The notes under the pieces are model-generated. The model had not been told where the DNA came from. It ran no database searches and worked only from the letters and a program-made list of their open reading frames with translations. From NCBI GenBank assembly GCA_963788655.1, contig CAWBHS010000039.1, positions 64,001 to 128,000 of the forward strand: a DNA stretch of 64,000 nt. The letters are read 5' to 3'. Positions 40,464 to 51,800 of this stretch are shown one piece after another (within the stretch, counting starts at the first letter, position 1; each line of letters opens with the position of its first letter). Source of the DNA: an uncultured Verrucomicrobiae bacterium. Lineage in GTDB: Bacteria > Verrucomicrobiota > Verrucomicrobiia > Limisphaerales > JAFGQR01. The position numbers were made by a program, and so were the translations under genes.

Positions 40464-43400
40464 CTATTTCAGCACCCGCTGCAAATACTGCCCCGTAAAG
40501 CTGGTTTCGCAGGCAGCCACCGTTTCCGGCGGGCCTTCCGCCACAATGCGTCCCCCGCCGACGCCGCCTTCGGGTCCCAGGTCAATTACCCAATCGGCGG
40601 TCTTGATGACGTCCAGATTGTGCTCGATCACCACCAGGGTGTTTCCGGGCGCGCGCAATTTGAACAGCACCTCTAGCAGTTTGGCCACGTCGGCGAAGTG
40701 CAGTCCGGTGGTGGGTTCGTCCAGGAGGTACAGGGTTCGGCCGGTGGCCTTGCGCGTCAGTTCGGAAGCCAGTTTGAGGCGCTGGGCTTCACCGCCGCTC
40801 AACGTGGTGGCAGATTGCCCGAGGTGTAGATAGCCCAATCCAACTTCCGCCAGCGTCAGGCACGTGTCATGAATTTGCGGCACCGCGCGAAAGAAATTCA
40901 CGGCTTCATCCACGGTCATGTCGAGCACATCGGCGATGTTCATGCCCTTGTAATTGATCTCGAGCGTCTCACGGTTGTAACGCCGTCCGCCGCATGCTTC
41001 GCACGTCACATACACCGGCGGCAGGAAGTGCATTTCAATCTTGATCAGGCCGTCACCCTGGCATTTCTCGCAGCGGCCGCCCTTCACATTGAAGCTGAAT
41101 CGGCCCGCACTGTAGCCGCGAATTTTCGCCGCCGGCAATCGGGCAAACAGATCGCGGATATGGTTGAACATGCCGGTGTACGTGGCTGGATTGCTGCGCG
41201 GCGTGCGGCCGATGGGCGTTTGGTCAATGACGATGACCTTGTCGATGTATTCTTTGCCCAGAATGTCGCGATGCGCGCCGGGACGTTCCTTCGAGCCAAA
41301 CCAAAGCCGGAACAAGGCCCGGCGCAAAATGTCGTCCACCAACGTGCTTTTGCCCGACCCGCTCACGCCGGTCACGCACGTCAGGGTTCCCAGCGGAATG
41401 CGCACGTCGAGGTTCTTCAGATTGTTCTCGGTGGCGCCAATGATTTCCAGCCAGCCCCGCACCGCGGTGGGTTTGATCCGTTGTTTGGGGATGGGGATTG
41501 CCAGTTCGCCGGTCAGGTATTTGGCGGTAAGCGAGCGGGGATTGGCGAGCACCTCCGGCAACGTCCCGGCGGCCACCACTTCGCCACCGCGCACACCGGC
41601 ACCGGGACCGAGATCGACGATGTAGTCCGCCTGGCGGATGGTGTCTTCATCGTGCTCGACGACGAGCACGGAATTGCCGATGTCGCGCAAGTGCCGGAGG
41701 GTTTGGAGCAACCGTTCGTTGTCCCGTTGGTGCAGGCCAATGCTGGGCTCGTCCAGGATGTAGAGCACGCCCACCAACCCGGCGCCGATCTGGGTGGCCA
41801 ACCGAATGCGCTGAGCCTCACCGCCACTCAACGTGCCGCTCTCGCGATTGAGCGTGAGATAGCCCAGCCCAACGTTCTTCAGGAATTGGAGGCGGGACCG
41901 GATTTCCTTGATCGGTTCGGCGGCGATCTTTTGCTGAAACTCGTTCAGCTCCAGCCCGGCAAAGAACTCGTCGGCCCGGTCAATCGACAATTCGCAGACA
42001 TCCATAATGGAGAGGCCGGGGAGGGGAGGGGTGGATGCTGGATGCTGGATGCTGGATGCCGGATTGGTGAGAGGAGATACCGGATGCCGGATGCCAGATT
42101 CCTGATCACTGATCACTGATGACTGATGACTGGCTCCAGTCTTCTGTTTGCTCTCCAGCGTTACGGCGAGGATTTCGGGCTTCAAGCGCTTGCCGCCGCA
42201 GGCGTCGCAGAATTGGGGTGCCATGAAGGCTTTCAAACGGTTGCGAGTGAATTCGCTTTCGCTTTCCTGGTAAAGGCGCTCCAGGTTGGGAATCACGCCT
42301 TCAAACGGGCGCGTCACTTTGGACGTCTTGCCGGTACGCCAGAAATGGAAATCGATTTCCGTTTCGCCTGAGCCGCGCATGAGGATCTGCTTGAAATCGT
42401 CCGGCAACTTTGTGTAGGGCACTTCCAGGTTCTGTTCGTAATGCGCAGCAACACCGCGCAGCAATGCGCGGTAGTAAGTGATCATCCGTTTGCCGCCGCG
42501 GCGCCAGGGGAGAATGGCTCCTTGTTCCAGCGACTTGTCCGGATTGGGCACCACCAGGCCGGCGTCGAATACCAATTTCTGGCCAAGTCCATGGCAGACC
42601 GGGCAGGCACCGGCGGGAGAGTTAAACGAAAAATGTTTGGGCGTGGGCGTTTCGTAACTCTGGCCGGTGGCGGGACTGTAATTGCGATTGGAGTGCAACG
42701 TCTCCAGCCAGACCACCCCGCCCAGCGTGACGGAATGGGGCGCCGTGATTGCCTCCGAGGCCGCGTGGTTTTTGGCTTTAGTGCGTGAAGTCCGAAAACC
42801 CGCAGCCACCGACGCGAGGAGGTGGACCGCTTGGCCACTTGGTGCTGGCGAATCCGCCTCCTCACGTCGGCGGCTACCCTTTTCCAACATGCTCTTAGGG
42901 TCTTTGGTGCGGCTTTCCTCTGGCAATTGGTGCAGCACCAACAAGCGGCCTTCGCCCCACTTGAGCGCCGTTTCCACCGAGTCGCTGAGCCGGACGCGGA
43001 TTTTTTCATCAATCACCAGCCGGTCCACCACCACGTCGATGTTGTGCCGTTGCTTGGGCTCAAGTTTGACGCGGACGTTGCTTTCGAGTTCGACCAGTTC
43101 ACCGTCCACCCGCGCGCGCACGAATCCCTCGCGAGCCAACCGTTCGATCACGTCGCGGAATTCGCCTTTCTGATCGCGCACCACCGGGGCCAGCAGCATG
43201 ATCCGCGTCCGGGGCGGCAGTCCCAGAATGCTATCGACAATGTCGCTGGTCGTTTGCGACGTGATGGGGATCCCGGTGACCGGACAATGCGGTTGGCCCA
43301 CGTGCGCGTAGAGCAGCCGCAGGTAATCATAAATCTCCGTGGTCGTGGCGATGATCGAGCGCGGGTTGGTGCCTGAACTGCGCTGCTCGATGGCAATGGC

Positions 43401-43649
43401 CGGCGAGAGCCCCTCAAGGTAGTCCACGTCCGGCTTCTGCATCTGGTCGAGGAACTGCCGGGCGTAGGCGGAGAGCGACTCGACATATTTCCGCTGGCCC
43501 TCCGCGTAAATCGTATCAAAGGCCAGCGACGATTTGCCTGAACCGCTCAGGCCGGTGATGACCACCAGTTTGTCGCGCGGGATGTCCAACGTGAGATCCT
43601 TGAGATTATGCTCACGCGCCCCGCCAATTTTGATCCATTCTTTCGCCAT
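40464..43649 (-). CDS. uvrA: Excinuclease ABC subunit A with two insertions
   Basis: [24 protein letters not shown] x2, [16 protein letters not shown]. Confidence 0.97.
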   Translation of the reverse strand: MAKEWIKIGGAREHNLKDLTLDIPRDKLVVITGLSGSGKSSLAFDTIYAEGQRKYVESLSAYARQFLDQMQKPDVDYLEGLSPAIAIEQRSSGTNPRSIIATTTEIYDYLRLLYAHVGQPHCPVTGIPITSQTTSDIVDSILGLPPRTRIMLLAPVVRDQKGEFRDVIERLAREGFVRARVDGELVELESNVRVKLEPKQRHNIDVVVDRLVIDEKIRVRLSDSVETALKWGEGRLLVLHQLPEESRTKDPKSMLEKGSRRREEADSPAPSGQAVHLLASVAAGFRTSRTKAKNHAASEAITAPHSVTLGGVVWLETLHSNRNYSPATGQSYETPTPKHFSFNSPAGACPVCHGLGQKLVFDAGLVVPNPDKSLEQGAILPWRRGGKRMITYYRALLRGVAAHYEQNLEVPYTKLPDDFKQILMRGSGETEIDFHFWRTGKTSKVTRPFEGVIPNLERLYQESESEFTRNRLKAFMAPQFCDACGGKRLKPEILAVTLESKQKTGASHQSSVISDQESGIRHPVSPLTNPASSIQHPASTPPLPGLSIMDVCELSIDRADEFFAGLELNEFQQKIAAEPIKEIRSRLQFLKNVGLGYLTLNRESGTLSGGEAQRIRLATQIGAGLVGVLYILDEPSIGLHQRDNERLLQTLRHLRDIGNSVLVVEHDEDTIRQADYIVDLGPGAGVRGGEVVAAGTLPEVLANPRSLTAKYLTGELAIPIPKQRIKPTAVRGWLEIIGATENNLKNLDVRIPLGTLTCVTGVSGSGKSTLVDDILRRALFRLWFGSKERPGAHRDILGKEYIDKVIVIDQTPIGRTPRSNPATYTGMFNHIRDLFARLPAAKIRGYSAGRFSFNVKGGRCEKCQGDGLIKIEMHFLPPVYVTCEACGGRRYNRETLEINYKGMNIADVLDMTVDEAVNFFRAVPQIHDTCLTLAEVGLGYLHLGQSATTLSGGEAQRLKLASELTRKATGRTLYLLDEPTTGLHFADVAKLLEVLFKLRAPGNTLVVIEHNLDVIKTADWVIDLGPEGGVGGGRIVAEGPPETVAACETSFTGQYLQRVLK

Positions 43650-44002
43650 GGTTGCGAATTCCTGCTGCAAACCAAACGCCCAACGTATCGGAAGTCGTCA
43701 GCGTTGCCAAGGAGATGTCTTGATTAGACCAGCGGACTCAGGGCGACGACGTTAGTGTCCAGCGCGCGTTTGCTTCCATCAGTGGACGATTCCTATGGCT
43801 ACTACTCTCAGCCAAGGCTCCGCAAATATGCCAAGATCCAAATCAGAGTTTAAGCATGTTTTAAGTGTGCTCCTGCATTTGGCCACGACGTGGTTGTTCC
43901 AGTGACGTTTGCCTAGACACTCGTGGCGAATCCCTTTTGGGTTGATGAGACCCACTGCGCGAATTGACAAAGCAAGTAGCCGATCGAGAAGCGACACCGT
44001 GT

Positions 44003-44320
44003 TCATGGAATTTCCAAGTGACAGAATACACCGGGTTGGATGCCCGCGATGGCTTCCTGAAGTTGGCTAGCAGCGGCGAGGATGCGGCGCAGGTCGTTGG
44101 TTGAGAACTCGAGAATGGAAATGCCACGTCCGGCGAGGTTCTGTTGGTATCGAATATTCTGATCGGAAGTGATGAACAGGTCGAACTCGTTTTCTGCTAA
44201 CCGCAGGAGTTCTCCGTTCTTGATACCGCCCCATCCGCGTTTCTGCACAGTCATGCATTCGTGACCGACGAAAAGTCGATGCATCGGCCACGGCACACAC
44301 TCGTCGAGCAGAATCCTCAT
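44003..44320 (-). CDS. PIN-like toxin (DUF5615/VapC45-like)
   Basis: MRILLDEC, NGELL, FITSDQN.RYQQN. Confidence 0.85.
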   Translation of the reverse strand: MRILLDECVPWPMHRLFVGHECMTVQKRGWGGIKNGELLRLAENEFDLFITSDQNIRYQQNLAGRGISILEFSTNDLRRILAAASQLQEAIAGIQPGVFCHLEIP

Positions 44321-44526
44321 GTGGTGAGCAAAGCGGACTCGGAACGTTCCAGGAGTTGGCGGGCCATGTCGCGGGTCACGGATGGGAAGCACTCTAGGAA
44401 TTCCTCGAGGGTGTAGTTGGCCTCGAGATAGTCGAACAGTGTCTTCACCGGGACACGCGTGCCTTTGAACACTGGCATGCCCCCGAGAATATCCGGGTCC
44501 ACGGTGATCAGGTCATTCGCAATCAT
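44317..44526 (-). CDS. DUF433 antitoxin
   Basis: DPDILGGMPVFKGTRVPV, FLECFPSV; ATGA coupling to toxin. Confidence 0.88.
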   Translation of the reverse strand: MIANDLITVDPDILGGMPVFKGTRVPVKTLFDYLEANYTLEEFLECFPSVTRDMARQLLERSESALLTT

Positions 44527-44681
44527 GTCGCCAATCTACCGCATCCGGTGGCTTCCCGTAAACTCTGACCTTTGTTGCTTTGCCTTAGGGCTCCAGTTGA
44601 AGTACGGTTGTAACTTTTTCTTCCTTCGAGGCTCACTTACGGCAGATACGAAATTGAAAACTTGAACGTGGAATTGAGACG

Positions 44682-45032
44682 ATGAGCCAGATTGTTGAAT
44701 TGACGGATAATGGTTTTGAACAGGCGGTGTTGAAGGCGGCTGAACCGGTGCTGGTGGATTTTTACGCGCCCTGGTGCGGGCCGTGCAAAATGTTGGCGCC
44801 CGCGCTGGACGCGCTGGCCGGGGAGTTCGCCGGTCGCGTCAAATTTGCCAAGGTAAACGTGGATGACGCACCGCGCCTGGCCGGGCGCTACGGCATCACT
44901 GGTGTGCCCACGTTGATGTTGTTTCACCAGGGCGAAAAGGTGGACGAAGTGGTGGGCATGGCGCCACCGGCCGCGTTGAAAGCGTGGCTCAACAAAGTCG
45001 CCCAATCGGCGCCAACCGTAATTGCCAATTAA
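44682..45032 (+). CDS. trxA: Thioredoxin
   Basis: DFYAPWCGPC, GVPT. Confidence 0.92.
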   Translation: MSQIVELTDNGFEQAVLKAAEPVLVDFYAPWCGPCKMLAPALDALAGEFAGRVKFAKVNVDDAPRLAGRYGITGVPTLMLFHQGEKVDEVVGMAPPAALKAWLNKVAQSAPTVIAN

Positions 45033-45036
45033 CCCG

Positions 45037-45204
45037 ATGATCCTCCGAATTGTCATCGGGGCCGTCGTGGGCGGTGCGTTGGGGTACGTGCTTTACCGAT
45101 TCGTCGGCTGCTCCACCGGCGCTTGCCCACTAACCAGCAATCCGTGGATCAGCACGATCTATGGAATGGTCGTGGGCGCGATGCTCGCCGGAAGCGTTAA
45201 ATAG
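45037..45204 (+). CDS. Small membrane protein with GC..GACP motif (DUF6132-like)
   Basis: Two TM segments around YRFVGCSTGACPLTSNP. Confidence 0.75.
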   Translation: MILRIVIGAVVGGALGYVLYRFVGCSTGACPLTSNPWISTIYGMVVGAMLAGSVK

Positions 45205-45423
45205 GGGTGGCGAGTCAAAAGAGGGCATCGTCGCAAGGGGGATGCGGTGGACGCTTTCAGGAGCGCCGGCGTTTCCGTCGGCCAAACCACATCACAAGGT
45301 CCAATGCGGGTCAACGCCGGTGCTCCATTCGGGATTTCGAGTCCGGTCGGGCTTGACTCCACCAGAATGCTTAGAAATGATTCCGCGCCCAGACGTTTTC
45401 GGCAGATTATCTTATTGATGTAA

Positions 45424-46737
45424 ATGAAGACTTGGCACGTTCTATTAATCGGCGGACTCAGCCTGGCGCTACGAAGTGCCGCAGCCGAGTCCTGGACGCT
45501 GGAAAACGCGTTGACCTATGCCTTGGCCCACAATCCCGATGCGCGTTTGGCATTACATCGCATTGCAGCCGCGCAAGGCGGGTTGCAGCAGGCCAACGCC
45601 GCGTTCATGCCGCAGGTGCAGTTCCAATCAAGCTACATGCGGACTGACAACCCGATGCAGGCCTTTGGCTCGATTCTGAATCAACGTTCCGTGCATCGCG
45701 TGCCGAACTTCGACGATGTGCCGGACGTGGACAATCTCAATTTGCGCGGCCTGGCCTCGGTGCCGCTATACGCCGGCGGGCGGAACGCCGCGGGACGCCA
45801 CGCCGCCAAGGCCTACGAGGCGGCGGCGAAGATGAATTCCGAGGCGATTCGCAATCAGTTGGCTTACGAAGTGTCGCGCGCGTTTTACAATGTTTTGAAG
45901 ACCCGTGAATTCATCCGAGCTACCGAGGCGGGTGTGCGTTCCTTTTCCAATAACTTGGCCATCGCCCAGAAGCGCCTTGACGGCGGCACGCTCCTCAAAT
46001 CGGACGTGCTTGACGTGAAGGTGAGGTTGGCGCAGGCGCGGGAGGATTTAGTGCGCGCCCGCAATGCCTACGCCTTGTCAGAACGTGCGCTGCGTAACTT
46101 GCTGGGGATCGAGCAAGGTGAATTCACCGTGGCCGACACGGCGCCCACGCTGGCTGTCCCCCAGACTGTGGACTACACGCATCGTCCCGAGTTGGCCGCC
46201 AGTTACCAACAGCAACGGGCCGCCGAAGCTGAAGTACGTCGCGCCAAAAGCACGTATTGGCCGAGCGTGAATGCTTTTGGCAGCCTTGACTATGATTACG
46301 GCTGGAGATTTGAAGGCAGCAGCCGGAGTTACACCGCCGGCGTGATGCTGCAATGGAATCTGTGGGACGGGAATCTGACTCGGGGCAAAGTCCGCGAAGC
46401 CAAAGCCAATCTCGAAACCGCGCAGGAAGAAGAGCGCAAACTGCGGCTGGGAATCGACCTGGAAGTCGAGCAAGCCCGCATCCGGCTGCGCGAAGCCAAC
46501 GAACGGCTGGCGGTGACCGAAACCGTGATTGCTCAAGCCCAGGAAAGCGTTGATCTCACGCGCTCGCGGTTTGAGCAAGGCCTGGCGATTTCCACCCAGC
46601 TTATCGATGCTGAAACCGCGCTGGTGGCGGCGCGTGTTCGTCGGGCCGAGGCCGAAGGGGATCAGCGTATTGCCATTGCCGCGCTTCGCAAAGCGCTCGG
46701 TTTGCCGCAGCTTAATTCGACTTCAACGTCCCAATAG
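45424..46737 (+). CDS. TolC-family outer membrane factor
   Basis: Signal peptide, AL.HNP, duplicated OEP helical repeats. Confidence 0.88.
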   Translation: MKTWHVLLIGGLSLALRSAAAESWTLENALTYALAHNPDARLALHRIAAAQGGLQQANAAFMPQVQFQSSYMRTDNPMQAFGSILNQRSVHRVPNFDDVPDVDNLNLRGLASVPLYAGGRNAAGRHAAKAYEAAAKMNSEAIRNQLAYEVSRAFYNVLKTREFIRATEAGVRSFSNNLAIAQKRLDGGTLLKSDVLDVKVRLAQAREDLVRARNAYALSERALRNLLGIEQGEFTVADTAPTLAVPQTVDYTHRPELAASYQQQRAAEAEVRRAKSTYWPSVNAFGSLDYDYGWRFEGSSRSYTAGVMLQWNLWDGNLTRGKVREAKANLETAQEEERKLRLGIDLEVEQARIRLREANERLAVTETVIAQAQESVDLTRSRFEQGLAISTQLIDAETALVAARVRRAEAEGDQRIAIAALRKALGLPQLNSTSTSQ

Positions 46738-46740
46738 ATT

Positions 46741-47775
46741 ATGAGCAGACGATTCTTACCTTGGACCGGTTTGGGCGCGTTGGGCGCGGTGCTGATACTC
46801 GCTGGCTGCGAACAAGTCACCCCGCCGCCTTCCACCAATACCTTGCCTCCGGCCACAGTGCGCGCGCAAACGGTGGAAAACAAAAAGCGCGTGGCGACCG
46901 AAGAAGCAGTCGGCACCGTGCGCGCCAAATTGCAGGCCACCATTCAAGCCAAGATCAGCGGGCGGATTATTGATTTGCCGGTGGTGGCGGGCCAGGCCGT
47001 GAAGTCCGGCGACTTGCTGGCCCAGTTGGACGCCGGCGAAATCCAGGCCCGTCTCGAACAAGCCAAGGCGATTCGGGATCAGGCCCAGAGTGATCGGAAG
47101 CGTTATGAAAATCTGCTGAAGCAAAATGCCGTCACCCAACAGGAGTACGATGCGGTGGAATCGCGCTATCGGGTGGCCGCTGCGTCGGTTACGGAAGCCG
47201 AAACCATGCTGAATTACGCCCGGGTGGAGGCGCCGTTCGACGGCGTCATCAGCCGCAAATTCATGGATGTGGGCGATCTCGCGTCACCAGGGCGGCCTTT
47301 GCTGCTGCTGGAAGCGCCGAAGGCCTTGCGGTTTGAGACCGACATTTCCGAGGGGCTCATTGGTCAAGTTCGCGTCGGCCAGAAAATGAATATTCGCGTC
47401 AGCCCTTCGGCCAACCCCATTGAAGGAACCGTCAGCGAAGTCGCACCAACCTCCGACCCGAACAGTCGGACCTTCCGCGTGAAGTTGGATGTGCCCACGG
47501 CGCCCGGATTGCGCATCGGCCAGTTTGGCCGGGCGGAGGTGCCGGTGGGCGAATCCGTCTCTGCCCGCGTGCCGGTTTCGGCGGTGGTGCGACGCGGGCA
47601 AATGGAAATGGTCTTTGTGATCAAAGATCAGGCGGCGCAGTTGCGATTGGTGAAGACGGGCCGGCAGCTCGGTGACGAGATTGAAATCCTCTCCGGCCTG
47701 AATCCCGGCGAGCAAGTGGCGATTACGGGTGCCGAGACGCTGATTGATGGCCAGCCGGTAAGGGTGGAGAAGTGA
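46741..47775 (+). CDS. RND periplasmic adaptor (lipoprotein)
   Basis: LAGC lipobox, G.V...V..G..V..G, APFDG, SRTF. Confidence 0.9.
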   Translation: MSRRFLPWTGLGALGAVLILAGCEQVTPPPSTNTLPPATVRAQTVENKKRVATEEAVGTVRAKLQATIQAKISGRIIDLPVVAGQAVKSGDLLAQLDAGEIQARLEQAKAIRDQAQSDRKRYENLLKQNAVTQQEYDAVESRYRVAAASVTEAETMLNYARVEAPFDGVISRKFMDVGDLASPGRPLLLLEAPKALRFETDISEGLIGQVRVGQKMNIRVSPSANPIEGTVSEVAPTSDPNSRTFRVKLDVPTAPGLRIGQFGRAEVPVGESVSARVPVSAVVRRGQMEMVFVIKDQAAQLRLVKTGRQLGDEIEILSGLNPGEQVAITGAETLIDGQPVRVEK

Positions 47776-47862
47776 TGACAGGCTTGCTTAAGAAACCGCA
47801 CGAGGCTCGACGTTCTCCAGTAGTGCAGATTTTGAATGAGCGGCTAGCGCTGGCGCGGCAGC

Positions 47863-47943
47863 GTTTTGGAGTGCGGCCGTCCTCTGCCGCTTTCGAACGC
47901 ACGGAACCTTCGAAAGCGGCAGAGGACGGCCGCACTCCAAGAC
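47863..47943. repeat. REP-like palindrome inside efflux operon
   Basis: TTGGAGTGCGGCCGTCCTCTGCCGCTTTCGAA...TTCGAAAGCGGCAGAGGACGGCCGCACTCCAA. Confidence 0.85.
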
Positions 47944-48093
47944 CTGGCGGCTATTCGCAGGGCGTCTTGAGCAAACAACCCGATGGGGCTTCTCCGCGCA
48001 GCCTGTTGAGCTTCTTGAAAGATCCAATCCCCAGCGCCGACCTGCCTCGGCAGGCTGCCCACGTCTGCCAATACTTCGGTTCTCCTGATTAGA

Positions 48094-51000
48094 ATGAAAT
48101 CTTCCCCCGACGATCAATCCACCGCCCATCTTGGCCTCGCCGGCCGGGTGGCCCAGGCGTTCATCGATTCCAAGCTCACGCCCCTCGTGGTGTTCACGTC
48201 GATCCTGCTGGGCGTGGGCGCCACCATTCTGCTGCCCCGCGAGGAAGAACCGCAGATCAAGGTGCCCATGATCGATGTGATGGTCGCCGCGCCCGGCTCC
48301 AGCTCGAAGGAAGTCGAGGAGCGGGTGACTCGGCCCATGGAGAAGCTGCTGTGGGAAATCAAAGGCGTGGAATACATTTATTCCACGTCCCGGCCCGGAC
48401 AGAGCCTGGTGATTGTGCGGTTCAAGGTGGGCGAAGACATCGAGAAGAGCCTCGTCAAACTCAACCAGAAATTGCAGTCGAACTTCGACCGGATACCACA
48501 CGGCGTCTCGATGCCGCTGGTCAAGCCCAAGTCGATTGATGACGTACCCATTCTGACGCTCACCCTGCACAGCACCAACCAGGATCACCTGACGCTGCGG
48601 CGGTTGGCCGCCCAATTGGATGATGCCGTGAAGCAAGTGCCGCAGGTCGCCGAGACGATGATCATCGGCGGCGAACGGCGGCAAGTGCGGGTGCTGCTGG
48701 ACCCGGTGCGCCTGGCGTCGCGCAACCTGACGGTTGTGGGGATTGTGCCGATGCTGATGCAGGCCAACCGCCAGACTTATTCCGGCGGCCTTACCACCGA
48801 CAACCAAGAAGTCGTGGTCGAAACCGGCGGCTTTCTCGAAAACGCCCGCGAAGTGGGCAATGTCGTCGTGGGTGTCTATGCCGGCAAGCCCGTTTACCTG
48901 CGAGAAGTGGCGAACATCATCGATGGCGGGGAAGAGCCGTCGCAGTATGTCTTCTACGGTTCCGGCGCTGCCGAGTCGAACCTCGCCAATGAACAACCGG
49001 CCGTAACGCTGACGATCGCCAAACGCCCTGGTGCCAATGCCATCACTGTCGTGGACAAAGTGCTCAGCAAGGTCAACGAGGTCCGCGAGCATTTTATTCC
49101 GGCGGACGTGGACATCACCGTCACGCGCAACTACGGCGAAACCTCTTTGGAGAAATCCAACGAACTGCTCTATCACATGGGCATCGCCGTGCTGAGCGTG
49201 TCGTTCCTGATTCTCCTGACGTTGGGCTGGCGGGAATCCTGCATCGTTGCCATCGCCATTCCTACCACGCTGGCGCTGACGCTGCTGGTGTTTTATCTCT
49301 ATGGCTACACGTTGAACCGTATCACGCTCTTCGCCTTGATCTTCTCCATCGGCATTCTGGTGGATGACGCCATTGTGGTGGTCGAAAACATCGTGCGCCA
49401 TTTCCACCTGCCCGGCAGCAAAGGACGCAATTGGTCCACGATCGCTGTCGAGGCGGTGAGCGAGGTGGGCAACCCGACGATCCTGGCAACGTTCGCCGTC
49501 ATTGCGGCGGTGCTGCCGATGGCGTTCGTGGGCGGCTTGATGGGCCCGTACATGCGGCCCATTCCGATTGGTTCCAGCGCGGCGATGCTGTTCTCGCTGG
49601 CCATTTCCTTCATGGTGACACCGTGGGCGGCCATCCGCGTTTTGAAATGGGGCAAAAAGCAAAAGGTCAGCGAATCAGGTGCCGAAGCCGAAGCCGCAGC
49701 GCATGGTCACGAGGCGACTGAGGAAAGTTTTTTTGCCCGGTCCTATCGCAAGCTGATGACGCCCTTGATCGAACATCGCGGTTGGCGCTGGGCTTTCTTG
49801 GTAGTTCTGGCCGTATTGCTCATGGCCGCGATGTCCACCGTGGCGCTTGGTTGGGTGAAGGTGAAGATGTTGCCGTTCGACAACAAGAGCGAGTTTCAGA
49901 TCATCCTCAACCTGCCCGAAGGCAGTTCGCTGGAGAAGACCGCCGAGGCCGCGCGGGCGATTGCTGCGACGGTGCGAACGGCGCCGGAAGTGGTCGATTA
50001 CCAGGTCTATGTGGGTACGGCGGCGCCATTTAATTTCAACGGACTGGTGCGGCATTATTTCCTGCGGTCGGGTGCCAATATCGCCGACCTGCAAATCAAC
50101 CTGGTCGGCAAACATGCGCGTTCCGCGCAGAGCCACGAAATCGTCAAACGTCTGCGGCCACTCGTGGATGACGTGCTCAAGCAATATCCCGGCGCGCGCG
50201 CCGCGCTGGCGGAAGTGCCGCCCGGTCCGCCGGTGTTGCAGACGCTGGTTGCGGAAGTCTATGGGCCCAACGAACAAGACCGGCTTAAACTGGCGGGGAA
50301 GATCGTGGACATCCTCAAGGAGACGGATGGAGTAGTGGACGTGGATTATTACATCGAAGCGGACCAGCCCAAGGCGCGGTTCGTGGTGGACAAAGCCAAG
50401 GCGGCGTTGAACGGCATCAGCACCGAAACGATTGACCAAACGCTGAGCATTGCCGTCGGCGGCCGCTCCATCGATCTCGTCCACAAGCCGCGGGAGAAGG
50501 AGGACGTTGATTTGTTTTTGAAGGTTCCCCGCACGTCGCGCACCACGCCGGAAGACTTGCTCGCGTTGCGGGTGCGCAGCGGTGATGCCAATGCCCTGCC
50601 CGAACCCGGCGCCGCGGGCGGGGCGCCGCCCTTGGTGCCGTTGCGTGAATTGGTCACCATCGAAAACACCCTGGCGGACAAAAGCATTTACCACAAGAAC
50701 CTGATGCCGGTGCGTTACGTCCTCGGCGACGTGGCCGGAGTGATTGAAAGTCCGGGGTATGCCATCTTTAAGATGAACCACGACCTCGACCAATTGGACG
50801 CCCGCGACTACGGCGGCACGCAGGCGAAGCTCAAGATCCTCAATTATGCGCAGCCGTTCACCGACTTCCAACCCACGGTGAAATGGGATGGCGAATGGCA
50901 CATTACCATCGAAGTGTTCCGCGATCTCGGACTGGCTTTTGCGGCGGTGCTGATCTTGATCTACGTGCTGATGGTGGGTTGGTTCAAGTCGTTCTTCACG

Positions 51001-51420
51001 CCGTTGATTGTGATGGTCGTCATTCCGTTTTCGTTGATCGGCATCCTGCCGGCGCACGGATTGTTGAATGCCTTCTTCACGGCCACGTCGATGATCGGCT
51101 TCATGGCGGGCGCGGGCATCGTGGTGCGGAATTCGATCATCCTGGTGGACTTCATCGAACTGCGGCTGGCCGAAGGCTTGTCGCTGCACGACGCGGTGAT
51201 CGAAGCCGGCATGATCCGGTTCCGCCCGATCATGCTCACGGCGATGGCCGTGGTGGTGGGTGCGGCGGTGATTCTGTTCGATCCGATTTTCCAGGGCCTG
51301 GCCCTTTCGCTCATGGCGGGCGGCGTGGTGTCGATGCTGATCAGCCCGGTTGTGGTGCCGGTGCTGTACTACATGAGTCATTCACGGAAGGCAGTGAAGG
51401 GGGGAAGGGGGGAAGGGTGA
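48094..51420 (+). CDS. RND efflux permease (AcrB/AcrD/AcrF family)
   Basis: [41 protein letters not shown]. Confidence 0.93.
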   Translation: MKSSPDDQSTAHLGLAGRVAQAFIDSKLTPLVVFTSILLGVGATILLPREEEPQIKVPMIDVMVAAPGSSSKEVEERVTRPMEKLLWEIKGVEYIYSTSRPGQSLVIVRFKVGEDIEKSLVKLNQKLQSNFDRIPHGVSMPLVKPKSIDDVPILTLTLHSTNQDHLTLRRLAAQLDDAVKQVPQVAETMIIGGERRQVRVLLDPVRLASRNLTVVGIVPMLMQANRQTYSGGLTTDNQEVVVETGGFLENAREVGNVVVGVYAGKPVYLREVANIIDGGEEPSQYVFYGSGAAESNLANEQPAVTLTIAKRPGANAITVVDKVLSKVNEVREHFIPADVDITVTRNYGETSLEKSNELLYHMGIAVLSVSFLILLTLGWRESCIVAIAIPTTLALTLLVFYLYGYTLNRITLFALIFSIGILVDDAIVVVENIVRHFHLPGSKGRNWSTIAVEAVSEVGNPTILATFAVIAAVLPMAFVGGLMGPYMRPIPIGSSAAMLFSLAISFMVTPWAAIRVLKWGKKQKVSESGAEAEAAAHGHEATEESFFARSYRKLMTPLIEHRGWRWAFLVVLAVLLMAAMSTVALGWVKVKMLPFDNKSEFQIILNLPEGSSLEKTAEAARAIAATVRTAPEVVDYQVYVGTAAPFNFNGLVRHYFLRSGANIADLQINLVGKHARSAQSHEIVKRLRPLVDDVLKQYPGARAALAEVPPGPPVLQTLVAEVYGPNEQDRLKLAGKIVDILKETDGVVDVDYYIEADQPKARFVVDKAKAALNGISTETIDQTLSIAVGGRSIDLVHKPREKEDVDLFLKVPRTSRTTPEDLLALRVRSGDANALPEPGAAGGAPPLVPLRELVTIENTLADKSIYHKNLMPVRYVLGDVAGVIESPGYAIFKMNHDLDQLDARDYGGTQAKLKILNYAQPFTDFQPTVKWDGEWHITIEVFRDLGLAFAAVLILIYVLMVGWFKSFFTPLIVMVVIPFSLIGILPAHGLLNAFFTATSMIGFMAGAGIVVRNSIILVDFIELRLAEGLSLHDAVIEAGMIRFRPIMLTAMAVVVGAAVILFDPIFQGLALSLMAGGVVSMLISPVVVPVLYYMSHSRKAVKGGRGEG

Positions 51421-51740
51421 AGGCGTGAAGCGTGATGGGATGAAGCGTGAAAGTGGTGGCAGGCATGTGCGGATTGCAGAGGCAGTCTGAGTTTCGATGC
51501 GCAGCTTTCAGTGGCCATTTTGGAACGGGGCGCCGTTAATCGCGCAAGTTTCTAGCACTACAGCGACACTTTCACAAATAGGCACGCGGCCTTTAGGCCG
51601 CTTCAAGCACCCAAGGCCAACCAGCGGTTTGCGGGATAGGACCGTGAAGCGGCGTAACCGCCGCGCTCCTGCCGCGTTCGCCCGAACTTTCGCCGCAGTT
51701 TTAGAGTGCGTCCGGCTTGGCGGCGTTACCCAAAATAAAA

Positions 51741-51770
51741 GCAAAGGCCCCGACGGATCGGGGCCTTTGC
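51741..51770. terminator. Intrinsic terminator hairpin (minus-strand gene)
   Basis: GCAAAGGCCCCGA-CGGA-TCGGGGCCTTTGC preceded by an A-run. Confidence 0.75.
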
Positions 51771-51800
51771 AATTCTTGGATGGCTGATGAGCGAGCCGGC

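Noticed and set aside
47788..51381. Long minus-strand ORFs (624 and 568 aa), and similar shadows opposite uvrA, the transposase and 7195-8541
   Set aside because: They lie opposite well-supported genes and have shadow-type composition
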